A stretch of DNA of 64,000 nucleotides from a virus (IMGVR_UViG_3300016457_000036:7253-71252), one strand, 5' to 3'. Positions 1 to 9,201 are shown, numbered from the stretch's first letter. Notes: generated by a model not told the origin, from the letters alone. Numbers and translations: made by a program.

Positions 1-99
1 GAAGAAGGCTTTTGATCTTCTCACGTGTGACCATCTGAGGAGTATTGGGCACCATCTTTTTAGCGTCCGGAGAAGCTTTCTGCATTAATTTTTCATCCA

Positions 100-336
100 T
101 TACGCGACCTCTATTATTCGTTTATCTTTACGACCTAGCAACACAGATACAGCCAAGCCTAAATAAGTGTTTCCCATTCGTACATCTCGTTGTTGGAAGT
201 CATGAATATAGTGTTCATTATCCTGCATATCTCTAAATGTGACTTCATCAACTATAAGAAAATTTGGCCGCTCAAAAAATTGCTGCTTAAATCTATACAG
301 CTTTTTATTTATATCGTTTTCTAAATTCTGAGCCAT
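100..336 (-). CDS. hypothetical protein (78 aa)
   Basis: ORF on minus strand; AAAGGG Shine-Dalgarno sequence 8 nt upstream of ATG; part of leftward gene block. Confidence 0.4.
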   Translation of the reverse strand: MAQNLENDINKKLYRFKQQFFERPNFLIVDEVTFRDMQDNEHYIHDFQQRDVRMGNTYLGLAVSVLLGRKDKRIIEVA

Positions 337-386
337 GTATACCCTTTACGGTTGAGTTGTTATTGAGTAAGTATAACATAAAATAG

Positions 387-596
387 CTACTTATCGAAGA
401 AGTGTGTCTTAGGAGGAATTTTAGGAAGGTATTTAGGATCTATATAGCGGCCACCCGCGCCCATAAAATCAGCTTCGGCTATCAGTTGCCGCCACTCATC
501 ATCATGGTAAAAACTTCGTGGAAGTAGTTCTTCAAAGACAAGCTCTTTTTTATAAGGCTTCTCTTCAAGCTCTTTGCTTACTGCCATAAAAGACAT
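387..596 (-). CDS. hypothetical protein (69 aa)
   Basis: minus-strand ORF with AAAGGG Shine-Dalgarno sequence. Confidence 0.4.
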   Translation of the reverse strand: MSFMAVSKELEEKPYKKELVFEELLPRSFYHDDEWRQLIAEADFMGAGGRYIDPKYLPKIPPKTHFFDK

Positions 597-666
597 TAGT
601 ACCCTTTAAGAGCATAAGCGCCTATAGCGGCTAGACTTATTATTAATATGCCAATATAATAAGTAT

Positions 667-1020
667 CTACATACATAGTGCATCGTAACGATTTAGAATA
701 GTATCGCCATCAATATCAAAACATTCAGTATGCCCATCGAACACGCTGTCGAACACGCATCTGTAATCCGCGAACTCTTGATGCATCTGAGTTTCTTTTT
801 CAAAATGATTTTCCACCTTTCTAAATCGCTTGATAGATGCGCGAGGCATGTATCTGTATACCATAAAAAATGATCGGAGTATCTGTAACATTCGGTCTAC
901 AGGATTGATACAAGTGATGCCGACTTTATACACTACTCGTTTGTCATCAAGTACGAACTTCATAACATAGAGTGTGCACTTCTCTTTATCGGGATCTCCC
1001 GACACTTTCATAAATGCCAT
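667..1020 (-). CDS. hypothetical protein (117 aa)
   Basis: minus-strand ORF, tightly packed with neighbours. Confidence 0.45.
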   Translation of the reverse strand: MAFMKVSGDPDKEKCTLYVMKFVLDDKRVVYKVGITCINPVDRMLQILRSFFMVYRYMPRASIKRFRKVENHFEKETQMHQEFADYRCVFDSVFDGHTECFDIDGDTILNRYDALCM

Positions 1021-1021
1021 T

Positions 1022-1183
1022 ACTTATCAGGCTTATTAGGTGTCATCTTCGTACCTTTTTTTGGCACAGGATCAGACGTAAATTTCATATCCATTTGGAC
1101 ATCTCTATCGTCTTTAAGATCATCATACATACCCATCTTTAATATCCTTCCTACTCTACGTTTTTTAGGGCCTTTAGCCATTA
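1022..1183 (-). CDS. small basic protein (53 aa, MAKGPKKRRVGRILK...)
   Basis: short minus-strand ORF filling gap between 1020 and 1212; below track cutoff. Confidence 0.25.
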
Positions 1184-1211
1184 CTTCTTCTTGCCGCCGC
1201 CTGATTTTTTC

Positions 1212-1418
1212 TTACATGCCATTACATCCCCTTTTCATACCCATCTTAGCGTACTGAGCCGCTTCTATCTGTTTACGTTCACATTTAAGTGCTTGCTCTT
1301 CGGTCATAGGAGCCGCCATAACTACAACAGCTTTTTTAGGTGCTGTTGAACGCTGACCTTGACTAGAGTTACCTAGTCCTTTGATGTTCTGTGCCGTAGT
1401 TGCAATAAGCTCACTCAT
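1212..1418 (-). CDS. hypothetical protein (68 aa)
   Basis: minus-strand ORF; AAGGATAAG Shine-Dalgarno sequence upstream. Confidence 0.4.
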   Translation of the reverse strand: MSELIATTAQNIKGLGNSSQGQRSTAPKKAVVVMAAPMTEEQALKCERKQIEAAQYAKMGMKRGCNGM

Positions 1419-1551
1419 GCCTTATCCTTGTTGCTTAGTAGAAGTATCTTTCTTCTTGACAATATCAACTTTTGAAATCTTCTTAGTCCGAAGCTCAGGA
1501 AATATTACCGGAGGACGTTTATTAAAATTAGATGTAAGTGCCATGATAAAC

Positions 1552-1830
1552 CTACTTCCGTGCCATTGCAGCACTACGACGCTCTGCTTTAGTCATGCTT
1601 GCCTGCTTTTTAGCTGCGGCTTTTTTATCTGCTGCAATCTCCCACGCTTGTTTAGCTTTAGGTTGCACAGTTTTATTTCCGTCCATATTAAAATCTTCAG
1701 CTTTAGGTGTCTTGGCTATTTCTTTCTTTTTAGCTGCGGCTTTTTTCTTGTCCTCTTTAGAATATTGCTCTAATAGATCATTACCACTTCGTTTACTAAC
1801 TGCTTTTTGCAGGTTCTCTAAAAAACTCAT
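1552..1830 (-). CDS. Lys/Ala-rich basic protein (92 aa), histone-like/nucleic-acid binding candidate
   Basis: AAGGAG Shine-Dalgarno sequence; composition KKKAAAKKK, AAKKQA repeats. Confidence 0.5.
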   Translation of the reverse strand: MSFLENLQKAVSKRSGNDLLEQYSKEDKKKAAAKKKEIAKTPKAEDFNMDGNKTVQPKAKQAWEIAADKKAAAKKQASMTKAERRSAAMARK

Positions 1831-1839
1831 TTTATCTCC

Positions 1840-2232
1840 TTATTTAGTATCGCACATACAGGCGTACTTCTTTTCCCATTCACCGCCCTCTTTGAAGTAA
1901 TCGTGACTAGCTTCCTGGATAGTAATAGCATCAACTGCTTCAGGAGTAACCTCGTCTGTAGGGTGAATACAGAACCACACCGAATCTTCAACTGCATAGA
2001 TACCATGATGTATCCCTGCTCCCATACTAATAACTGTTGGTGCCGTATATTCAGTACCTACACCATTAGCTGTTACAAAAACTTTACCCTCTGCTAAGAT
2101 GCTCATATGCGCAAAATTGTGGCTATGCGTTTCAGCTTCAAAGCCTTTAGGTATATGCATTTCTCTAGCATAAACCCCACTATTAAAGTGATGCTTAGTG
2201 GCGTTGTCAATTACATGTATTTCGTTTTTCAT
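1840..2232 (-). CDS. cupin-like protein (130 aa)
   Basis: AAAGGAAA Shine-Dalgarno sequence; HSHNFAH...E...G and GAGIHHG motifs reminiscent of cupin metal site. Confidence 0.4.
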   Translation of the reverse strand: MKNEIHVIDNATKHHFNSGVYAREMHIPKGFEAETHSHNFAHMSILAEGKVFVTANGVGTEYTAPTVISMGAGIHHGIYAVEDSVWFCIHPTDEVTPEAVDAITIQEASHDYFKEGGEWEKKYACMCDTK

Positions 2233-2247
2233 TAGTTTCCTTTTATG

Positions 2248-2973
2248 TTATCTACCATTTGCTTTTTCTTGCAAAGCTAGAAATCTATCACGCTTAGCAC
2301 GTTCTTGTTGTATCTCTATAGAACTCGCTAGTAACTCTTCTTGTTCTTCATCGGTCATGTCATCAAAAAGGCTATCATTAACCTCAGCATCAGGAAGTAT
2401 AACAACAGTACCATCAGTATCTACATACTCATTAAGCTCTTCATCAAATTGTAATTCATTCCCATACTGATCAAACATCTCAGGATTATCTTCAATGTTA
2501 TAGCCGTCATCTACTTCACCGGTAAGTTCACTACTATCGCCCATAGCATCTTCCCATACTCGCTGTTCACCACTTTCAGTCTCACGGTCAATATCGTCCA
2601 TAACTTGATCTTGTTGGAAGATGTCTACATCACCGTTATCGGCAGCTTGGCTTACTCTCTTCAAGTCATCTACGAAGTTATTTTCATACGCTTCCACAGA
2701 CTCCCAATCGATATTTTCAGCATCCATCAGAGTATTTAGACCCTTCTTAGCATTATAGGCTTTTATAATTTGATCATTTGTAGGAGTACCTTCTACACCA
2801 TGAAGGCCATTATTGACAGCGCTCTCATAAAACTTCTGTTCATCTAAAGCGGCAAGAAGTTCAGGAGATCCTAACCCACCTTGTTTTTGAGCAGGAGTCT
2901 TAGGAGCCATTAAACTGTTATCAGTCACTAAAGCTTGGTGAAGTTCTGTATCCGTAAGAAAGTTCTCAGCCAT
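2248..2973 (-). CDS. highly acidic protein (241 aa)
   Basis: minus-strand ORF, D/E-rich throughout. Confidence 0.45.
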   Translation of the reverse strand: MAENFLTDTELHQALVTDNSLMAPKTPAQKQGGLGSPELLAALDEQKFYESAVNNGLHGVEGTPTNDQIIKAYNAKKGLNTLMDAENIDWESVEAYENNFVDDLKRVSQAADNGDVDIFQQDQVMDDIDRETESGEQRVWEDAMGDSSELTGEVDDGYNIEDNPEMFDQYGNELQFDEELNEYVDTDGTVVILPDAEVNDSLFDDMTDEEQEELLASSIEIQQERAKRDRFLALQEKANGR

Positions 2974-2978
2974 AATAC

Positions 2979-3320
2979 TTACTTCGCTGAATTGGCTTCA
3001 AATAAATGCTGTTTCAAGAGGTAGCCTTCTAAAGCCCAAATCTTTTCACGTGCATTATCTTTAGCTACTTTCTTGCCTATCTCTTCATCGAAGTTATCAA
3101 AAGACACAGCGGCAGACTCACCGACGACACCAAAGCCATTACGTAAACCTAAATAACAGATAGTGACAGTAGTATTATCAACACGAAAGAACTGCTCATA
3201 TACAATAGCTGCATCAATACTATCAGGCGTAAGTCTTGGGGCATTTAAACCCTTGTCCTGGATTTCTTGCTCAAGTGTCTGTTCGTTCATACGTAGCCTT
3301 TTATATAATAAATATGCCAC
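2979..3320 (-). CDS. hypothetical protein (113 aa; more likely 103 aa from ATG at 3290 with AAAGG Shine-Dalgarno sequence)
   Basis: minus-strand ORF; track start is GTG; internal ATG has better Shine-Dalgarno sequence. Confidence 0.4.
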   Translation of the reverse strand: MAYLLYKRLRMNEQTLEQEIQDKGLNAPRLTPDSIDAAIVYEQFFRVDNTTVTICYLGLRNGFGVVGESAAVSFDNFDEEIGKKVAKDNAREKIWALEGYLLKQHLFEANSAK

Positions 3321-3338
3321 AGTATACCAAATTATTAT

Positions 3339-4073
3339 TTAGACTGCCTCACCTCTAATATCATTTTGCATCATAGTAAGAGCTTTTATAACAGCCTCTT
3401 TATCAGCTACTAAAAGCAATGAAGCGGTCATAGGTCTAATCATATCATACGCAATAGCAATACCTTGATCTCCGGGTATACGACTTTCCATCACAGGCTC
3501 GTTCTGCCTGTTTTTTAGATACTGCCATGTCTTATTCATGCTACATTGTTTACCTTCTATTTCAGCAAAACCTGTATTAAAGATCTCAGCGGCATGTGTC
3601 TGACTCTTGTCTACAATAAACTTAGCCTTCTTGTAACTTACAGGACTGATGTCCCACACACTTTTAGCATATTCTAACGCTGTAGGAATACCCATTAGCT
3701 TATGTGCATTACGTGTAACTTGAAATGCGGCGATGATAGCTTTCTGCCCTTTATTAATACTACGTCGAGTATTCTCGGCTAATACGATCTCGTACAACTC
3801 TTTAGGAGTACGGTCAAACTCAACACCTATATCATTCACAGTCGGACTGATGCCTAACTTGGCACATGAGATAGCTCTACGTCTACCATCAATGATTTTA
3901 CCCTTATACAGCATAATAGGCTGAAGCAGACCTGTGCGGTTAATGCTCTGTTCTAGCGTAGCTGTTTTAGGATCCAAAGGAACAATATTAGCCATAGTAT
4001 GTACATCATGTTCTCCTGCTGTAAGTATCTCGGATGGGTTAGTTGGATTAAAAGTATAGTTGTTACCAATCAT
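3339..4073 (-). CDS. ParB-like nuclease domain protein (244 aa)
   Basis: KGKIIDGRRRAISCAKLG resembles ParB/Srx N-terminal motif; AAGGA Shine-Dalgarno sequence; first gene after divergent region. Confidence 0.5.
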   Translation of the reverse strand: MIGNNYTFNPTNPSEILTAGEHDVHTMANIVPLDPKTATLEQSINRTGLLQPIMLYKGKIIDGRRRAISCAKLGISPTVNDIGVEFDRTPKELYEIVLAENTRRSINKGQKAIIAAFQVTRNAHKLMGIPTALEYAKSVWDISPVSYKKAKFIVDKSQTHAAEIFNTGFAEIEGKQCSMNKTWQYLKNRQNEPVMESRIPGDQGIAIAYDMIRPMTASLLLVADKEAVIKALTMMQNDIRGEAV

Positions 4074-4719
4074 GGAGGTATTCCTTCTCGTTTTCTAATT
4101 AGGAAAGTATATCTTATTGCCCATTATAGAATACTTAAGAGCAAAAGGTATACTACGAACTATGCTATACGGTATATGCTATACCTTTTCAATAATGGCC
4201 TGCAATAGTACTACCTATAAGAGGTAGGTACTTTTCCCCTATATCCTACACAACACTACACACCCATCTGACATAAAAATATATCTGCCCGGAGGGATTG
4301 CCTTGCCTGATCCTATTAGAGCACTCCTCGTCCAAATATACTGCTACTGAGCATGGGTAGGGCGAATAGGTGTGGGAAGAGTTGGTGGACTTATATGTAA
4401 ATTTTTGTGTAGCGTGAATGGGTGTAGTATTATGGCCCCCCAGGAATTTAGTGGGTGTACCCCCCCCATGTTCTGTAGATTAACGTTACTTAATTTTTAT
4501 GTGCCATGTAGCTCTGTGTGACACACACATTCTATAGAGTGGTGAACTATTTATATCTTTCATATCAATGAGGCCTGCCGTCCTCAAACTCCTGCTTGCT
4601 CTCTTGACGCAGTTACTCATCGTGCTACCCATACATCCTTGTAGTCCGTGTCATCATTGAGCTTATGGTGCGAAGAACATTAGCGTTTTCTTTAGCCTGT
4701 TAGACCCGAAGGACTTCCA

Positions 4720-4995
4720 ATGAGAAGAACTATTAAACCCCGTAAAGCATTAGGTAATGCAACCTCTGAAGTAGCCGTTACAATCGGTACTACTGCTACT
4801 GTCATCCGTAAGGCTGTTGAAGTTATGGCTATTGCTGTAGACGATATGAGATTTGAATCGGAGCAACAATCTGTTGTTGACCGTAAGCAAGCTGTCTTAG
4901 ATGCATTACTCGATGAGAAGGCTCTGCTTGCTGAAGCTTCTGCTCTTGGTGTGTCAGCTGAACTTACTAAGCGCATTAAGGCTCTTGGTCTGTAA
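4720..4995 (+). CDS. hypothetical protein (91 aa)
   Basis: AAGGA Shine-Dalgarno sequence 6 nt before ATG; first rightward gene after strand switch. Confidence 0.45.
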   Translation: MRRTIKPRKALGNATSEVAVTIGTTATVIRKAVEVMAIAVDDMRFESEQQSVVDRKQAVLDALLDEKALLAEASALGVSAELTKRIKALGL

Positions 4996-5032
4996 TAACA
5001 GGGTTCGTCCCTGCAAATGAAAGGAGCCTATT

Positions 5033-5287
5033 ATGGCTATCCGTGAAACTCTATTTTGGTACGACGAAGCTTCTGATGAGGTCAAAGAAATCTTTACAAC
5101 AGAGTTCTTTATGGCTACATCTTCTGTCTTTTGGAGTCGTGACCGTGAGGACTGCTTAGCTGAACAAGCTCTGCATCAGCCTATCGGTATCGACGAGGAT
5201 ATGGTGGACTCTCTTGAAGTCTCTCAACAAGACCGTTATGGTCAGAACGAGGACTACTTAATTGAGTGTGAACGTAATGAGCCTTAA
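5033..5287 (+). CDS. hypothetical acidic protein (84 aa)
   Basis: AAAGGAG Shine-Dalgarno sequence. Confidence 0.45.
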   Translation: MAIRETLFWYDEASDEVKEIFTTEFFMATSSVFWSRDREDCLAEQALHQPIGIDEDMVDSLEVSQQDRYGQNEDYLIECERNEP

Positions 5288-5386
5288 TGTTCTCATTGCC
5301 GTTGGGCTTTCTCTATGGGTAGTAATACCCTTCTCCCTGTTGCTCTTTTGAGCTTATGACGATAAAACCTCTTGAAAGGAGACGTT

Positions 5387-5455
5387 ATGATGTATGTATT
5401 ACCTGATGGTACGCTTATTTCATATGAAGAGTTCAAAGCTCTTCGTGGATTATAG
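5387..5455 (+). CDS. micro-ORF (22 aa, MMYVLPDGTLISYEEFKALRGL)
   Basis: perfect AAAGGAG Shine-Dalgarno sequence; followed by 6-bp hairpin AAGGGC(10 nt)GCCCTT at 5470-5491. Confidence 0.2.
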   Translation: MMYVLPDGTLISYEEFKALRGL

Positions 5456-6059
5456 GCTATACTTGTAGCAAGGGCTTAGTAATGTGCCCTTAAACATTAA
5501 CCGTGTTGCAATGACGTGAAGCAACAGAGTCGATAATCTCGGAGCAGTACTTATTACAAACCTGCTTAATCAAGGGCGTGAACATACGGACGTGGTATGA
5601 ACAGTAAGCCCTTTTTCTTTTTAGAGCTAGATCGGACACAGGTATTTCTGATAGTTAGTGGCTAACACAGGCTTCCGATAGTCTCAGAGGCTACACACGA
5701 ATCAGATAGACTGTTTACAGCTCACACACACTCAGATAGACAGACTCACACACACCTCATAGAGTACCCTACAAGCCATTTTAGCTCTCAGACGACCTCA
5801 GCTACTCGTTGGGTGTCGTTTGTTTGTCTTACGTGTAGAGAAGTGGTGTGGAGTGGCACGTTGTGGTAACACCCACACCCCATCAACCCACCCATCCCAC
5901 TATCCCTACCTATACACACACCTAATCTCACCCCAACTATAGAATTACCTACCAATAGTTATTCACATCTTATTCACATCTTGTCTATCCTATGTGAATA
6001 TCCTTGACGTTCCACCTTCTATGAGCTTATGTCGAATATCTTATTTATAGGAGGCTCAA

Positions 6060-6332
6060 ATGCCTAGAACCACCACCATTCCACCGTTTGCCCTTAGTGG
6101 CTATAACGTAATGTTCTTAGTCAGTTCGGAGTATTTCGATACATCAGTACCTACCGTTGTTTCTATTATGGAAGCTAGTGCTGAAATAGATAAGCTTGAA
6201 GACGCTTTCTGTACGGACGCTATCCAAAACTACACCACCTTCCTTATTTGTATGGACACTCATACAGTTACTGAAGTATGCAATACGGAGATATACAATC
6301 TTATCCGTTCTAATTTAGCCGAAGGAGAATAA
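6060..6332 (+). CDS. hypothetical protein (90 aa)
   Basis: AGGAGG Shine-Dalgarno sequence; follows conserved promoter-like motif. Confidence 0.45.
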   Translation: MPRTTTIPPFALSGYNVMFLVSSEYFDTSVPTVVSIMEASAEIDKLEDAFCTDAIQNYTTFLICMDTHTVTEVCNTEIYNLIRSNLAEGE

Positions 6333-6587
6333 ATGGCTCACAAAAGAATTGTACTTAGAAGTACACACGTTATCCTTGGTGACTTGACTGATACATTCAA
6401 AGTCAAGACTCCACAGGCTCGTATGCTTATCCGTACCTTACTTAAAGAAAAAGGTTCGCTTACTAGCACTAGCTATGCATACTTTTGTACCGAAAGTCTT
6501 GCCCATCATCGCTATGCTGATTACATTCTATTTGCTAACAGCATTAGAGCTATCTGTAATTCAGACATCAACACACCTACAACTTAG
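6333..6587 (+). CDS. hypothetical protein (84 aa)
   Basis: GAAGGAG Shine-Dalgarno sequence. Confidence 0.45.
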   Translation: MAHKRIVLRSTHVILGDLTDTFKVKTPQARMLIRTLLKEKGSLTSTSYAYFCTESLAHHRYADYILFANSIRAICNSDINTPTT

Positions 6588-6610
6588 TAGGTTTACATAA
6601 AGGAGCCGTA

Positions 6611-6874
6611 ATGGTTTACATCGTAGAAGACGCTTATATGTACGAACGTTCTACCCTCGTTGTTGTAACAGACACACACGAACTTGCCGAAGAGTTTGTG
6701 CAGGACTACATCAGAAAGAACTACTCATATCAAGAGCAGTTCGACCTTGAGTGGGCAGAAGAAGGTACTTGTCCCGACCGTGTTATGCTTATTAATGCAC
6801 AGCACGTTGAGACAGCTACTTCACTTGTTCCTATTAATCCCGACTATCAGTATCAGCCAAAGGAGGCAGTATGA
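6611..6874 (+). CDS. hypothetical protein (87 aa)
   Basis: AAAGGAG Shine-Dalgarno sequence. Confidence 0.45.
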   Translation: MVYIVEDAYMYERSTLVVVTDTHELAEEFVQDYIRKNYSYQEQFDLEWAEEGTCPDRVMLINAQHVETATSLVPINPDYQYQPKEAV

Positions 6875-7146
6875 ACCCCGAACTGAAACCACTCACCCTC
6901 ACTATCTCATCTTATGGTAATCACTATAAGAAGTTACGTGCTTCACTCCGTCACTCACAGAACGCTGTTGAAGAGAAGATACTTCAGTATAAGCACGACC
7001 ATATCAGTAATGATACGGAAGAAGACTCTCACGAATACGAGTCATATATGGAACTATTCAGTACTCGTGATTTCTATCGTAAGCTACTTGCCGACCTAGA
7101 AGCACAGTATAAAATAGCACAACCTCACCTTGTAGAAGAATACTAA
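6871..7146 (+). CDS. hypothetical protein (91 aa)
   Basis: AAGGAGG Shine-Dalgarno sequence; ATGA overlap with upstream gene. Confidence 0.45.
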   Translation: MNPELKPLTLTISSYGNHYKKLRASLRHSQNAVEEKILQYKHDHISNDTEEDSHEYESYMELFSTRDFYRKLLADLEAQYKIAQPHLVEEY

Positions 7147-7147
7147 G

Positions 7148-7171
7148 GAGCTACCGCTCTTTTGTTTTTTT
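7148..7171 (+). terminator. putative rho-independent terminator (short GAGC/GCTC stem + TTTTGTTTTTTT)
   Basis: 4-bp stem then 12-nt T-rich run immediately after stop of 6871..7146. Confidence 0.35.
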
Positions 7172-7287
7172 GTACGTTGTTCTTTTATCTTGAGTACAAG
7201 CATCCTTGCCCTTTAGATTTCTATGAGCTTTTAGAGAGATTAATTATTATCTCAGTAACGGAGTAAACCGTACAAATCATAATCCCA

Positions 7288-7578
7288 ATGCAACTTTATA
7301 AAGGCTTTTATATGCAAACTCCAACTATTCCTAACCCAATGATACCTAACCAAATGGTAGTCGCACCCGCTGAACGTGAAACAAAAACTGTTGACTATCG
7401 TATCAATGTATCTTCTAAAGCAGGTGATGTACGTAGTGCAGGTATTCTTAAATTGTGGAAGCGTTTCGATGAGACTCAACAAGCCGCACTTGTAGCTATC
7501 TTGTCTACATCAGAATCTGTAGTGGAAATTACTCCAATGTCAGAAGAAGCAACAACAGGTGTGAAGGACGAGTTCTAG
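7288..7578 (+). CDS. hypothetical protein (96 aa)
   Basis: ORF after promoter-like motif D. Confidence 0.4.
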   Translation: MQLYKGFYMQTPTIPNPMIPNQMVVAPAERETKTVDYRINVSSKAGDVRSAGILKLWKRFDETQQAALVAILSTSESVVEITPMSEEATTGVKDEF

Positions 7579-7736
7579 GACTCTCCCTCTCCACCGTAAC
7601 TAGCTAGAGACACGAGTTTTGCTAATGTACTCACCCTCTACCTAGTTTGACTGTATGTGACTTATGTCCTACAGTCTTTTTTTGCTTGTATTAGGCTTTA
7701 TGCCTTTCCCCACTTGACTATCTTAAAAGGATTAAT

Positions 7737-8027
7737 ATGTCAGAAACTCAAACTCCAACTTACACTCCACGCCCTCGCAGACAAGGGGTATTTGGTGCTA
7801 CTAACCAAGCACTCACTAAGACTGTCGAAGAGTCTACTCTTACTGTCACATCTGCTTTGACTGCTGTTCGTAAATCTGTTCAACTTGCTGAAATCGCACT
7901 TGATGAGATGAAGGTTGACTTGCAACACGACTACCTTACTCGTAAGCTAGAAGTACAGCACGACTTATCAGCTCAAGGCTACAGTCCTGAACAAATCGAG
8001 GCTATGCTCACATTTCGTGAAGCGTAA
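7737..8027 (+). CDS. hypothetical protein (96 aa)
   Basis: AAAGGA Shine-Dalgarno sequence. Confidence 0.45.
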   Translation: MSETQTPTYTPRPRRQGVFGATNQALTKTVEESTLTVTSALTAVRKSVQLAEIALDEMKVDLQHDYLTRKLEVQHDLSAQGYSPEQIEAMLTFREA

Positions 8028-8043
8028 CTAACTAGAGGGCTTC

Positions 8044-8071
8044 GGCTCTCTTGACTTTTTTGTAGCTCTGT
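8044..8071 (+). terminator. rho-independent terminator
   Basis: AGAGGGC-TTCG-GCTCTCT hairpin (UUCG tetraloop) followed by TGACTTTTTT. Confidence 0.6.
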
Positions 8072-8128
8072 TTGATAGTGGCGTGGAGAAACTTACTAAA
8101 TAGCTAATAGTAATTTCTTTCCGACCTG

Positions 8129-8377
8129 TTGATAGTGGAGACTCAAAGTGATCTAAAAAGGCACAATATAAAAAACCTGGAACTACTCACCTCACTCATC
8201 GCTGAAATGAACCCGGCTGTACTGAAAAGTACAACTCAGAAGAACTACGCACTCAAAAAGATCCATTCTATTCTAGTAGTAGACTATGACCTAAATCTTA
8301 TGGAACTTTCTAAAGATGTTGTATCACCTGAACAGATGTACACCCTACTAGTAGAAATACTCGGAGAGGTTGCCTAG
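8129..8377 (+). CDS. hypothetical protein (82 aa; TTG start uncertain)
   Basis: ORF track; alternative ATG further in. Confidence 0.3.
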   Translation: MIVETQSDLKRHNIKNLELLTSLIAEMNPAVLKSTTQKNYALKKIHSILVVDYDLNLMELSKDVVSPEQMYTLLVEILGEVA

Positions 8378-8430
8378 TACATACTCTAATTGAAGATATA
8401 TTTTAACTGCACACTCTAAAGGAAAACCCT

Positions 8431-8943
8431 ATGGATAATACTGAAATACTATTGTTTCTTATCAAACACACATCTCTACTTAGTAGTACTTCTAGTATGA
8501 CAGGAGCGAAAGCTACTGCCGAATTAAATCAACGCTTATGGTTAGATACTGAACTAGACATAGAAATTGCAGAGCATGAACTATATGCTTTAGACATTAT
8601 CGCTGCTCTACAACTTCGTATCTCTCAAGCTAGTAAAGCTGTGCTACAAGCAGATATTAATAAACAGCAACAAGCTGAAATAGTAAAGAAAGAAAACGAG
8701 CATGTAATGGACAAGAACAGAGTATGTCCTGCTTGTAATAAACCTTTCGTAACTACTAGTGCCCGGAAGAAATACTGTTCAATAAACTGTGGCATGATCT
8801 ACAATAAAGCTAAGAAAATAGCTGAAAGAAAAAACCGACCAATTATTAAAGATGTCTCAAGACACTACATAATGGACAGTACTCAGACTCTTACTGAAGA
8901 TGAGTTAGAACTACAACGCTATATCAGCGACCATTGTCTCTAA
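8431..8943 (+). CDS. zinc-ribbon protein (170 aa)
   Basis: AAAGGAAAA Shine-Dalgarno sequence; C-terminal CPACN...CSINC motif. Confidence 0.45.
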   Translation: MDNTEILLFLIKHTSLLSSTSSMTGAKATAELNQRLWLDTELDIEIAEHELYALDIIAALQLRISQASKAVLQADINKQQQAEIVKKENEHVMDKNRVCPACNKPFVTTSARKKYCSINCGMIYNKAKKIAERKNRPIIKDVSRHYIMDSTQTLTEDELELQRYISDHCL

Positions 8944-8953
8944 AGGAAACCTA

Positions 8954-9199
8954 ATGGAAATACAAGAAAACCCGAACCCGCCTAAATACACACGCGCTGA
9001 AGTTGCAGAGCTTTACCCAAAGATCCAACTCCGTGCATTTGAACTAGATGTATATGGGCATGACCTACCTGAGATCACAAGTATTCTTAACCAAGAATTT
9101 GATGTATCCCCTATGTCATTCTGTGATGAAGACGCAGAGGCTATGATCCGTGCTGAAAACATCTTCTATGGTCTAACTAGCGTATCTCGTAAAGTATAG
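8954..9199 (+). CDS. hypothetical protein (81 aa)
   Basis: AAAGGAAA Shine-Dalgarno sequence. Confidence 0.45.
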   Translation: MEIQENPNPPKYTRAEVAELYPKIQLRAFELDVYGHDLPEITSILNQEFDVSPMSFCDEDAEAMIRAENIFYGLTSVSRKV

Positions 9200-9201
9200 T
9201 C

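Noticed and set aside
45-236. Plus-strand ORF at the window start
   Set aside because: Lies antisense to the well-supported minus-strand gene block (100..336 with Shine-Dalgarno sequence); likely a shadow ORF.
1381-2470. Plus-strand ORFs 1381..1773, 1595..1900, 1903..2097, 2198..2470
   Set aside because: Low-complexity, Cys/Leu/Phe-rich translations antisense to minus-strand genes carrying good Shine-Dalgarno sequences; shadow ORFs.
4692-4976. Minus-strand ORF overlapping 4720..4995
   Set aside because: The plus-strand partner has an AAGGA Shine-Dalgarno sequence and fits the rightward operon; the minus ORF translation is Ser/Thr/Ala low-complexity.
6003-6032. Calling the TCCTTGACG...TTATGT site a canonical sigma70 promoter
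   Set aside because: The -10 position matches TATAAT at only 2-3 of 6 positions at 16-18 nt spacing; kept as a conserved motif of unknown mechanism instead.
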